This document shows, piece after piece, positions 18,974-29,300 of a stretch of 64,000 nucleotides of DNA. The DNA is from Candidatus Magasanikiibacteriota bacterium. Lineage in GTDB: Bacteria > Patescibacteriota > Patescibacteriia > Magasanikbacterales > GWA2-37-8. The notes below the pieces were generated by a model. The model did not search any database and was not told the origin of the DNA. It was given only the letters and a program-made list of their open reading frames with translations. The stretch spans positions 97,109 to 161,108 of the forward strand of contig JAGOQR010000002.1 in NCBI GenBank assembly GCA_017991415.1, in the 5' to 3' direction. The translations under genes were made by a program, and so were the position numbers. The first letter of the stretch is position 1. Every line of letters begins with the position of its first letter.

Positions 18974-21900
18974 TTATGGCAGATTTTTTATCTTATCCAA
19001 TAATTCACTTGCTCTGGCGTCGAACCTATCCTTAGCATTTTTATCAGTCAATACTTTACTAATTTCATTTAAAAGATTCTCGTACTCAGCTTTATTAGTA
19101 GAATTAACATCCGCATTATTCAAAGAACTAAAGAAACCATTCTGCATCTGCGATATAAATAAATCATTTTTACCTTGGAATATAGCCGCAAGCTGCTCTG
19201 CTCTTTTTGAATCAAAGCCCACAATTTGATTCTCAACATTTATTTTTGCATACCCATTGGCTGTAATCCACTTTCTGTGATCAGCTTCAGCAATTTTGGT
19301 AGGATAAAAACCAGACCCCACATTTATTTCTCCAGTATTAACCGTTTTGGTAGCCTGATCATACTGCCCAAAAAATCTTTCCAACTGACCGGAACTAGTT
19401 CTTCTATCGCCTACCAAACCAAATAGCGCACCCGCACCTTTCATACCGGCACTCTTATTCGCATTACTATATAATGTTAAAGCACCTTGAGCTTTTTCGA
19501 TTCCACCAAAAGCATCATATACTTTCTTAGCAGCAAGGGTTTCGTCACCCGCCATAACAACCCTGCCTAAAATTTTACTTAATTCAGCTCTGATACGATT
19601 AGTATCATCAATGACTTCTGTCCAACCAATGGTCTTTAGAGATTCACTATCCCCAAGTTCCGCCGCTTCTTTACCTTCAGATTTGAGGGCTGTTTGTAGT
19701 GCCATGTTTCGTTGAATAGTTTTATTTTTAATCTGCTCTAGACGTTTGACTTCATCTGGTTTGTTAGCTGTACTCGCTGCAGCTATATCAACCTCTAACT
19801 GCTGAATTTTTAATGGCATAGCTTTTAATGCAAAGGTTTTATCTTCCCAACTCATTGCAGAAACTCTATCACTTTCTCTTTTTGCTGTTTTAGATTGAAT
19901 CTCGGCCAAAACTTGATTGGCTCTTAAATCATCACCCATCTTCCTAAATGATTTAGCGCGCTGCTCAGCTTCGGCTTCTTCTTTTGAAATATCAAAATCT
20001 TCTTTTATGTTTGCAGTTTGAGCTTTGGTGAAGTTTATAATTTCCTGAGTTTTTGCACCTTTGCCTTCTAATAATTTTTTTATTTGCTTTAACTCTTCAA
20101 GCTCTTTTTCTGCACGTAATTTTTCATCTAACTGCTTTGACGCCGCCTCTTCTTTTGCTGCCTTATGTTCCAAAGTATGACCTAGTCCAGTTTGAAGTAA
20201 TTTTTCTTTTGTCTCTAACCTATGACGCTCTTCTTCCGCATGCAAGGCATGTTTGGTTAAATCGGCTTTTTCTCCAGCCTCTAAAGCCCTCTTACTTCTG
20301 CTTTGATCAAATATTTGCGCTCGGCTAAACTTTCCAGATTTTGCCAATTCCTCAGGAGTTTTACCCACCTTAAGCTCTGCTGCAATTTCATTACTTGCAT
20401 CATTAAACTTCTTATAGAAAGTTTCTAATTTTTCTTTTTTAATATTGGACCCTGTTTCCTCTAATTTATGTAGTCTGGCCTCGGCCTCTGTCTTAAACTT
20501 TCCTATAGGCGTTTTGCTTGTACTTACCAAATGCTCAAGTTGCTCATGAGCATACTCTGCCCCTGATTCTGCATCTTTTGTGTACTCTTCTTTAAAAGCA
20601 GCTGGCGCGAACCATAAAGCCATGCGCGCCAAAGCCCTCGTATTGCCTGCAAAAGACTTTTTTAATTCTGTCTTTCCATTTTTGTCTGTATCAACTTCAT
20701 AGCCATTATCCTGCAACTGCTTACTGTAATTCTCTATAGCACTGTCATCATGACTAGCCACCGCAGCATTACGGAGAGCAACTAATTTTTGAATCTCTGG
20801 ATGTTCTTTTGATAAATCTTTGACCTTTTCTTTACCGTAAGCTTTATTAATATTTTCTCCAGCTTTATAAAGTCTTGGCTCTACCCACTTCTTTGAATAC
20901 CACTTAGACGCAGCAGCTTTAATTCTCCTACCTCTTCTATTCCACTCATCACCACCAACAATAGGAGCTTTCATTAAAGCAAATTTACCTGCAGCTTTGG
21001 CACCCTCTCCAACCTTACCCGCAGTCCATCTAGCAGCTTGTAGACCAGAGGCGTACATTGCCACTTTCTTACCCAACTCTCCAGCACTTCCCATCATAGA
21101 ACCACCCGCAACTCCTAATTCTTGGGCCATTTTTGCACCAGCAAGAAGCATGGCAATAGCGATTATAAAATTGGCCATTTTGTCCCAACTCATTATTTTG
21201 GTAATACCAACAGTTTCTTCTTCGGCTGTGCCTGATTGCAATAATTGATCTTTTTGTAAGGCGTTATGTTTTACAATGTCGTCGTGAATAGTTCCAGAAC
21301 CAACCGTTACAAAAGAAAGCCACAGAAAAAAAGCAATGACCGGACCAGACACGACATTACTACCAAATTGATGCCACCAATCGTGGGCATATTTTTCGGT
21401 TTGATGTAATACATTGAGGACAAATGCCAAAGGAGATAACACGATAAGCACCCAAAGCATGGCCATGCGAGCTACGATTAAAAACAAAAAGGCAAGCATG
21501 GTAACGAGCATGATAACTGAGAAAGTAATAGAGGCCACAGCCGCCACAAAAGTGACACTGGCACTGCCTGTTGTCCCCTGGCCTGCAGCTAACGCAAAAA
21601 TTTGATCTACCTGGAACATGTTAACCAGATTTCCGCTGGCAGTAGCAGCAATACCATTTACAAAGGTAACCATGACAATCTGTGCAATATCGATAATAAG
21701 ACCACAAATTACACGGCTAAAATTGACAAGTACGGCGGCTATAAGTAATTTTACCAGTAAGTGCTTATATTCGTATTGTTCTATTCCTAAAATAGTGCCG
21801 AATGCAATCATAAGCAGCACAACTACAAAGAACATATTGGTCATGTCGCGAATCATCACCCAACCTACCGTAACAGCCGGAGAGTCTATAAACCCGTTAT

Positions 21901-22165
21901 ACCCTGCAACCTCGATAATAAACTTGAGCACGAAAAAAGTGAGCTTGATAAAAAACCCAGCCAGTGCTAACAAAACAGAAGCAAAAAAATTCATGAGATC
22001 CTCGCCGATACCAGCATGAGCAGTAGGGGTAAAAATCAACCAGGCAGAGATAATAATACTAGACAGAACAACAATACTAACCAAACCTAATTTTTTTCGG
22101 GGACGAAAAAAATCCCAGCCTTTGCTAAGTATCAAGGTAAATGTGCTTTCAAGTTTCGCAAACAT
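18974..22165 (-). CDS. VirB6/TrbL-like polytopic membrane protein with about 700-aa K/E-rich coiled-coil C-terminal extension
   Basis: The N-terminal 330 aa or so contain 7-8 TM helices in a TrbL/VirB6-like arrangement. The remainder is lysine/glutamate-rich and predicted coiled coil. It is the first gene of the minus-strand T4SS-like operon. Confidence 0.55.
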   Translation of the reverse strand: MFAKLESTFTLILSKGWDFFRPRKKLGLVSIVVLSSIIISAWLIFTPTAHAGIGEDLMNFFASVLLALAGFFIKLTFFVLKFIIEVAGYNGFIDSPAVTVGWVMIRDMTNMFFVVVLLMIAFGTILGIEQYEYKHLLVKLLIAAVLVNFSRVICGLIIDIAQIVMVTFVNGIAATASGNLVNMFQVDQIFALAAGQGTTGSASVTFVAAVASITFSVIMLVTMLAFLFLIVARMAMLWVLIVLSPLAFVLNVLHQTEKYAHDWWHQFGSNVVSGPVIAFFLWLSFVTVGSGTIHDDIVKHNALQKDQLLQSGTAEEETVGITKIMSWDKMANFIIAIAMLLAGAKMAQELGVAGGSMMGSAGELGKKVAMYASGLQAARWTAGKVGEGAKAAGKFALMKAPIVGGDEWNRRGRRIKAAASKWYSKKWVEPRLYKAGENINKAYGKEKVKDLSKEHPEIQKLVALRNAAVASHDDSAIENYSKQLQDNGYEVDTDKNGKTELKKSFAGNTRALARMALWFAPAAFKEEYTKDAESGAEYAHEQLEHLVSTSKTPIGKFKTEAEARLHKLEETGSNIKKEKLETFYKKFNDASNEIAAELKVGKTPEELAKSGKFSRAQIFDQSRSKRALEAGEKADLTKHALHAEEERHRLETKEKLLQTGLGHTLEHKAAKEEAASKQLDEKLRAEKELEELKQIKKLLEGKGAKTQEIINFTKAQTANIKEDFDISKEEAEAEQRAKSFRKMGDDLRANQVLAEIQSKTAKRESDRVSAMSWEDKTFALKAMPLKIQQLEVDIAAASTANKPDEVKRLEQIKNKTIQRNMALQTALKSEGKEAAELGDSESLKTIGWTEVIDDTNRIRAELSKILGRVVMAGDETLAAKKVYDAFGGIEKAQGALTLYSNANKSAGMKGAGALFGLVGDRRTSSGQLERFFGQYDQATKTVNTGEINVGSGFYPTKIAEADHRKWITANGYAKINVENQIVGFDSKRAEQLAAIFQGKNDLFISQMQNGFFSSLNNADVNSTNKAEYENLLNEISKVLTDKNAKDRFDARASELLDKIKNLP

Positions 22166-22450
22166 TTTCTAGCAATTATGTTAAACTAATTGTACCATAT
22201 TTTAACTGAATCAACAATTAGATTTAGGTATATAAAATTGGGGTGTGGATAAAAAATAGCATTATTTTTACGATATAAAAAATTTTCATCGCACTACCCC
22301 TTGTACAAAATAATTATAAGTGTGTATACTAAATATAAGAGATGTAAAGTAAAAAATATAACTGATTTTTTAAGCAAAATGAATAATTAAATCTGGATTT
22401 AAAGAATTTGTTCAATTTGCTTAAAATAACAGACGTAGACGCTTTTGGGA

Positions 22451-22479
22451 TTGACAAAAGCCCCGAAAAAGCGTATAAT
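22451..22479 (+). promoter_or_regulatory. Perfect sigma70 consensus promoter TTGACA-17 nt-TATAAT pointing toward the GC-rich island
   Basis: TTGACA at 22451-22456. 17-nt spacer. TATAAT at 22474-22479. Orientation is rightward, toward the ORF at 22697. Confidence 0.5.
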
Positions 22480-22696
22480 ACGACGTTATTGCAAAATAAC
22501 CGCTCCTTACAACGTGCCAAGATTAGCAAAACTGCTAATTTTAGCCAAAATATGATGATGGAATAATTTGACCTAGCTGATAGGCGCAAAGATCTGGGCT
22601 GATACTTACCCCGCTCAAACGAGGTAGTTACAAGCTCAGACTCTAAACCCTGTCTCTAATGTCGCGTGAGCGACTGTTCAACCCCTGGAGGATCCC

Positions 22697-23227
22697 ATGC
22701 GCATCGCCCTCTCGTCTCTTGCCCTCGCCCTGGCCCTCATCGGCTGTACCGACCCCGACGTCAACATCGTCGACGGCGGACCCACGCCGGACGGACCCAA
22801 GCTCGACGCGGAGACCACCGAGGTCGACGCGGGCATCGACGCTCCGGGTGACATCTGCTTGTCGCTCGGTACTCCGCCGGAGGGCGCCTACCTCCTTGGG
22901 GAGGGGTCACGCAGCTGGCGTTGCGGCTTCTCGGCAGCACCGGGAAATCACAACACCTTCGCAATCGCCGCAGGTACGGACTGGATGTGCTCGAGCATCC
23001 GAGTCGAACCGACCACGACGGCCCAGGGTCCCGCCTGCCTGGTTTCCTGTATGGATGCCTCTGGCAACACCATGGACCAGCTCAGCAACACGGACTACCG
23101 TGAGCTGACCGTGGAGCGAGCCGGGGCTACCATGCCGTACAGGTTCTACTACGGCATCCCCGGAACGCCGCCCGCAGAGGCAGAGTTTGTCTGCCACGAC
23201 CCGGCAACGGTGCCATTTCCATCGTGA
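22697..23227 (+). CDS. Putative lipoprotein encoded in a high-GC foreign island
   Basis: 176-aa ORF. GGAGG lies 6 nt before the ATG. Signal peptide with lipobox LALALALIG-C. GC3-rich codons (GCC, CTC, GAC, ACC and so on) are unlike every other gene in the window. Followed by a GC hairpin. Confidence 0.6.
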   Translation: MRIALSSLALALALIGCTDPDVNIVDGGPTPDGPKLDAETTEVDAGIDAPGDICLSLGTPPEGAYLLGEGSRSWRCGFSAAPGNHNTFAIAAGTDWMCSSIRVEPTTTAQGPACLVSCMDASGNTMDQLSNTDYRELTVERAGATMPYRFYYGIPGTPPAEAEFVCHDPATVPFPS

Positions 23228-23248
23228 ACTGTCACGACCCATCATCAC

Positions 23249-23277
23249 GGCAGCCGAACCATCGCGGTTCGGCTGCC
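23249..23277 (+). terminator. Perfect 12-bp GC-rich hairpin (GGCAGCCGAACC-atcgc-GGTTCGGCTGCC) downstream of the island ORF
   Basis: Perfect inverted repeat with no T-tract. This is the high-GC-organism style of terminator or REP-like element. Confidence 0.45.
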
Positions 23278-23317
23278 ACCCTCAACTTAATAGAAAAAAA
23301 TTTTCTCTTGAGTAGAA

Positions 23318-23349
23318 CAAAAAATCTCCTTTTTATAGGAGATTTTTTG
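23318..23349 (-). terminator. Rho-independent terminator of the giant-protein gene
   Basis: AAATCTCCT-ttttat-AGGAGATTT hairpin flanked by A/T runs, immediately downstream (minus strand) of the stop at 23367. Confidence 0.6.
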
Positions 23350-23366
23350 TTTTTTATAAATTATTA

Positions 23367-26300
23367 CTAGTTATTTGGAGGCACAATTATTCTTCCACTA
23401 AATGTAGAAAACGGACCTTCAGGCAATTCACATTCATTCGCATAACAGTTAGACACTCCTGGACTTGCAAAACCACCACATGACCCGTTGCAATAACCCC
23501 AGTTATCTTTTAGCTGTACTTTTGGCTGGAACACACAACAACCGCCAGACAACGATTGTGTTTGTGCATCTGGACAGCTATCTGTCCAACCATTGCCTCC
23601 GCGAAGACATTGATAGACGTGGTCAAATCGGAAATAAGCTGAGTCACATGTTTTTCCTAAAATCTGACCAAAGTTTTGAGCTTTACTTTCGGCAAAACAG
23701 TTATCCAGGTACATACAATCTGTATTGGAGGCGCATGTTTTTCCTGTGTTAAGATCGTAGACTCCTGGTGTCGAAGAAGCAACCATACAAGTACCAGATG
23801 AACCACATCGGCCATTTACTGCCCCGCGCTGATTACGGAAATAACCATCCAAAGATACAACGCTCGTATCTCCCCAATCTAATTTAATTTTCTTAATCGG
23901 CATTTGATTTTTATCTGCAAAGCCAAAGAACTTTGCATTTACCAACGCGATATTAGTATTAAACAAAATATCTCCAGAAGATTTATCATTAATAGACATA
24001 CCAGTTATAGTACTTTCTAAACATTTACCGCCAGGTTTACAGCTTCCCAAAGCCATAGCCTTGGGGACTGGGTTAGCAAAAGAATCAGTAAAATTATATG
24101 GCCGCACCACAGTAGCAGAATCAGTACCTGGAGCAGTGGTTCGAACATAGGCCCAAGAAGTACCTGTAGGTACCCAATTCCAGACACTGTCTATTTTCGC
24201 AAAAATTTGAGCAAAACTACTTTTTGCTTGTGCAATTGATTTTTGGCTTGCCGGACCATTTACTGTTTCATTAGGAGACGGGCTTGTCTTTAAACAATCT
24301 CCGCCACAGCTATATGGTGAACCAAAGATTGCAGGAGGTAAAGATGGTGTAGGTTCACTATAATGGCTAAAAATACTAATGAGTGTTTCTGGTACAAGCG
24401 GAGTAAACATTCCCAAGCTGCCAAATGGCACATTTTGTAAAGAATTTTTATATGCCAATGTTCCTGGGTCGATTACATAGCTACTCCTACTCCACAGTCT
24501 ATCTGTCCAACCAATACTTGAGTATGGATTATCTTCGGTTTGAGCAATATTAAGACACGTTTCTCGCAAACCTACATTCAATGTAAACGAAGCAGACTCA
24601 GTATCACCCGCATCACCTGAAAAACAGGTTAAATTTATCCTATCCAACCTACCGTCCGAATTAAACACAGTTCTAATTGCACAACCATCATCATTGTCGT
24701 CTATATCTCCTCCCAAACAAATATCTTGATAATTATCATTACCCGCAACATCTATACTACCAGCACAATTTGATAATAAATCTTTAAACTGCTCTCCCTG
24801 TATACCGGCAGTATTAGGATCAGCATACTGGTAATGATTATTTCCATCACCCTCACCATCATCATACCGCATATACCAAAAATTTTTATCACGACCATCG
24901 GACCATACATACTTGCCAACATTCAATCCACCAGCTTCACCGACAAATACTTGCGGGTTATTTAAAATTGTTTCTTCAGATCCGTCTCGTTTTACCACCT
25001 GCATCTGAGAATTATACTTGGTAATATATCCATTTCTAATAAAAAATTTATTGGTACCGTTTGGAAACCAGTCACTATTACCGGTTGCTGCAATCATTAT
25101 ATAGTCAATCTCATCTCTATATATAGGCGTATTAACATTCAATGTTATTACGCGTTTTTCACGGCTATTTGATCCGTGACCAGCCGCACTAACCACTGAT
25201 TGCTGTCCAATCAGCTTATCATACGTAACAATGTCTGAGCCTACTATATTGACTACAGTTTGATTGCCTCTGGCTCCTAGACAATAATACTTACCAGATG
25301 CATCATTTGCTTGGAAACCAGCTTCAACGTGTTGATTGTTAATATCAAAAGCACCAGTAATATTATCTTTAGGGAACCAAGTAAGACATGCAAAAAGGTT
25401 TTGTTCGGCATTAAGAAGACGAGAAAAATCTGGCTCGATACAATAACCCTGCCAACCAATAAGACGTGATTGTTTTCTGACTTTTTGACAACTACCGTTT
25501 GTACAGTCTGCATCAGAGCTACAAACCTTATCTGCATTAACACCCCCCATACAAATACCCGGAACAACACTCTTTACGACTTGATTATTTTTATCCAAAA
25601 TACCCTCACTATTAGGACTATTAAAATTCCAATACTTAGCAAGCGAATCACCATACGTTACTTTGGTATAGTTACAATCACAACTATTTGCTTTATCGAT
25701 ATCTGTAGTAAAACCACTTGCTTCATTACATGTATTAACAGAATCAAACGTTACTGAATTTCCTACAGCCTCACTGTTTGGGAAAGGTGAAGTCTCTTCT
25801 GGGTATGCGCGACAAGAAGCAGGAAGTGATTGTCTTGAAACACCCGACAAAGAACTATCTAAATTCTGAACACATACTGGATTAGTGGCTCCAAGACAAA
25901 CACCAATATCACTGCGACCACAGGACTGGCCAATACTTCCTGGCGCACAAATTGGACTCAATGGATTAGCAGTACAATTTGACCCCGTGCCACACGCTAA
26001 TGTTTTTGCCAAACGCCATTCTGGAAGAGAGGCCGTGCCAATATTTACCTCGGAGAGCTCTTCTACTGGAAAGGCATTAAAGATGCTGTAACCACTGAAG
26101 TCTTGGCCTTTCCATTCGATGCTACGATTGCGATATGCATTATCGGTTAAGACTTGACCGCTTAACTCATGCGCATTATCAAGCCAATTAGCACAGTTAA
26201 TAATATCGCCAGTTGACCCAGAAGAAAAAGCCTGATTACAGCGACCAATAGCATCACAGACCTCTTTATAACTACCAGTCTGAGTATCAAAAACTCTATG

Positions 26301-29300
26301 AGAAGAACGGCACTGGAGCCACTCTCCACATTCTCTATCACGAGTTACTTTCAAAATTATATTTGCATCACTTGGTGTTGAACCAGAACCGGCTACCGGT
26401 GCTACAAGCCCATTATTTACTGCCGCACTAGCGGCATAAGATTTTTCTGTACTCCATAATTTATTTGGTAAATCAGTTTTATCAAGAAGAATACAACCAG
26501 ATTTTTCACTCACTTCACCATTACACTCATTTTGATGAGACTTTAATTTATCATCATTAATAAGATAATATGTTTTGTTATTCTGGTTGCGATCTATAAA
26601 CTCCGAACAACCACTTTGCACCTGCGGACACTCACCCACAAAATTATTATACGAACTAGAAACACCATATGACCAGAGACCATAACTGTTTCCAGATTGT
26701 AAATAGTTTGGATAGCACGGCTGCTCGTCTTTATTCTGACAGGTGGCACCTGCGGCACAGTCACTGTCGGTTGAACAGAAACCTGAAGCAGACGAACCAT
26801 TTGTAACACACTTTCCAACACCTTTCCAAAACCAACCGCTATATTTAACACCGTCTTTTGTTACGTTATCTTTGTATGCACAAACTTTTTGGCCAAGATA
26901 CTCTGGATCTTTAAAATACAATGCCCCATCGCCAGATGAATATGAGTTACAACCAACTGCCTCACTCTGACAAAGAGTAGTGTTAAACGTGGCGGGATCT
27001 TTTTTAACTAAAACATCTGCATATGAAGGACCGGTAGCAGTTTGTACTAATTTTCCAGCTTTTATACAACCCAAATCTACTGCATTACAAGTTGATTCTT
27101 TATTGGCAACCAAATAAATAGGCGTTGAGGTTGGAGTGTCAGGCTGAACAAAAATTGTAGAAGAAACTACCCGTGCGCCAGCACTGGTAATAGCAGCCAG
27201 AGTTGCCCCAACAACATTTACATAACAACCCGACTGCCCGATAGTAACCTGACAAGTGTACGCGGTACCAGCAATTGTTCTGCTTGCAGCACTACCTTCT
27301 GCGCCAGATAACCAAACATTGTATGCACGTGAAGTAGTTTCGTCTGGAGTATTATAAGTATCATACACAGCTGTACAGCCGATAGCTTTTTCTCTACACA
27401 AAGATGTAAACCCAGTGAGATACATTGGTCTATTGTCTGGTGTTTTGTACTCAGAACAGCCAAGAGATTCTCCTGGTAGATTGTCGTTTAAATTACTATC
27501 ACAGATAGGATCAACTTTTAAAGTGTTCTTAACTAAATAAATATAGTCAGTTACTTCTTTGAGACTCACATTATCTAGGAACAAACGTCCGTTGCTTTGG
27601 AATTTTAATCTGGTACTTGAAGCTGTACCGCCTAATTCTACTGGACCAAGATGGTAGCTCTGCCAAACATCACCCACACTCACGGTACCAAGAGTAGATA
27701 CTTCGTTATTTTCAAGAGAAACAGTAATGGTTTCGCCAGCAGAGCCTTTGGCCCAGAAAGTTAGATCGTAGCTTGCACCAGGATTAAGGGTTACATTTTT
27801 ATATACTTCTCCCCCACCACTATATGACAAGGAATGCTCTCCTGCATGAGTTGATTCTAATGACTGGGTTACGTTTGCCGAAGGAGCCCAGTTAGCCAGA
27901 GCATCAGAAACAATAGCTTGCTCAAAATTATTACTGAATACATTACGAACATTATTGCCTGAATTTCCTTTATAGGCTCGGCATGTATTTACCGAAGCTG
28001 CACAGGTTTTACTTGTGCCTGCAGTATTAGCAGCGCCACCTGGTAAACCGTAGTAAAAACATTGACCATCACGATATTCTCCACCTTGAGGACAAACTTG
28101 ACAATTATTAGCAGCACTGTCCCATAAACCTTTTTGTAACTCACATTTATCAAAAGACAAGGCAACTGTTTCTAGCTCCGTATCATTTAACCTGTATGGC
28201 ACACAAGCATTGGAAACAGCAATAGTTTTGGAGAGCAACCTGTAATATACAGCACCTTGATCATCATTAAATTGTCGACAATCTGGACTAGCTAAACCTT
28301 GTTTATATAATGTTTCATTACAAATTTCATCGTAATTCTCGAGGGAGCCGCTCGTACGATAGAAATATTTTGGACCACCATCGACTGGATTTTTTTCTAG
28401 AACAAATGCCTTTAATTGGAAACCGCCCACCGAAGATCCTTCGTATGTATAGAAGTTTTTTTGTTTGGTATTATCTGGCAAAATACAAGGACGCAAATAT
28501 GAAAAATGTTCGGTTGTTTCTAAGCCGTTAGTAGTAGCACTTAAATTTGTAAAGCTAGCACACCCCTCGTCTACTGAGCTACATTTTGCTCCTGAAGATG
28601 GAATGACATACGCGACAGATTGTCCAATAGAATAATTACTTGGCATTTCTCTATAGGCAGCATAACCAACACATTTCTTATCACACTGGTCATTCCAGAC
28701 AATTTGATTTTCAACAATTGAAGCTGGTGTAAATTTACCTGGGATACGGTCTCCTGTATAACTACTTGGTTGATACCAATTACAGTTTACTTCATCTGGA
28801 ATACAAGCTTGAGAATAATTACTGCATGCTGGATTTGTCTGCAAACTATTTAAGTCACTAACAGTTTGAGGCCAATCAATTGCAAGCGTCGTTGGATTAG
28901 TATCGTAACACTTGGAGTAATATGGGGCTTTACGCAAATAGAGATTCTGCGATGTGCTGACTGTTTTAAATGCCGAACAACCATCTGAATTTGCTGAACA
29001 ATTGGTTGAAAGCTTGCTATTGAAATAGATAGCCGAATTTTCTCCTACACTACTTAGATCATCTGGAGAATAGCCAGTCCACTTACCTGAATTATCTTGT
29101 TTTAAACTATACTGAGCACAACCAACTGTTTCTTGATTACAAAAACCAGTATCCAAAGAACGGTATAAATAACTAACATTTTTACCAGAACTATCCTGGA
29201 AAGACTGACAGGTTCTAAACTGAGAATCACATTTTGCAGCATCTATTTTCCAAACATTTTTTTCTCTGGTGCAATATCCTTGTGTGGCACAATTACCATC

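Noticed and set aside
22474-22490. TAATACGAC matching the first 9 nt of the phage T7 promoter
   Set aside because: The match stops after 9 nt and the essential CTCACTATAG is missing. Most likely chance overlap with the TATAAT box.
22686-22691. GGATCC (BamHI) immediately before the island ATG and CTCGAG (XhoI) at 63994-63999, as possible cloning scars
   Set aside because: Hexamers of this kind occur by chance many times in 64 kb. There is no vector backbone, polylinker or tag sequence nearby. Not evidence of engineering on their own.
22659-23248. Multiple overlapping ORFs in several frames and both strands inside the GC-rich island (Arg/Pro-rich translations)
   Set aside because: High GC depletes stop codons and creates long spurious ORFs. 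Only the 22697-23227 frame has an RBS, a lipoprotein signal and a sensible codon pattern.
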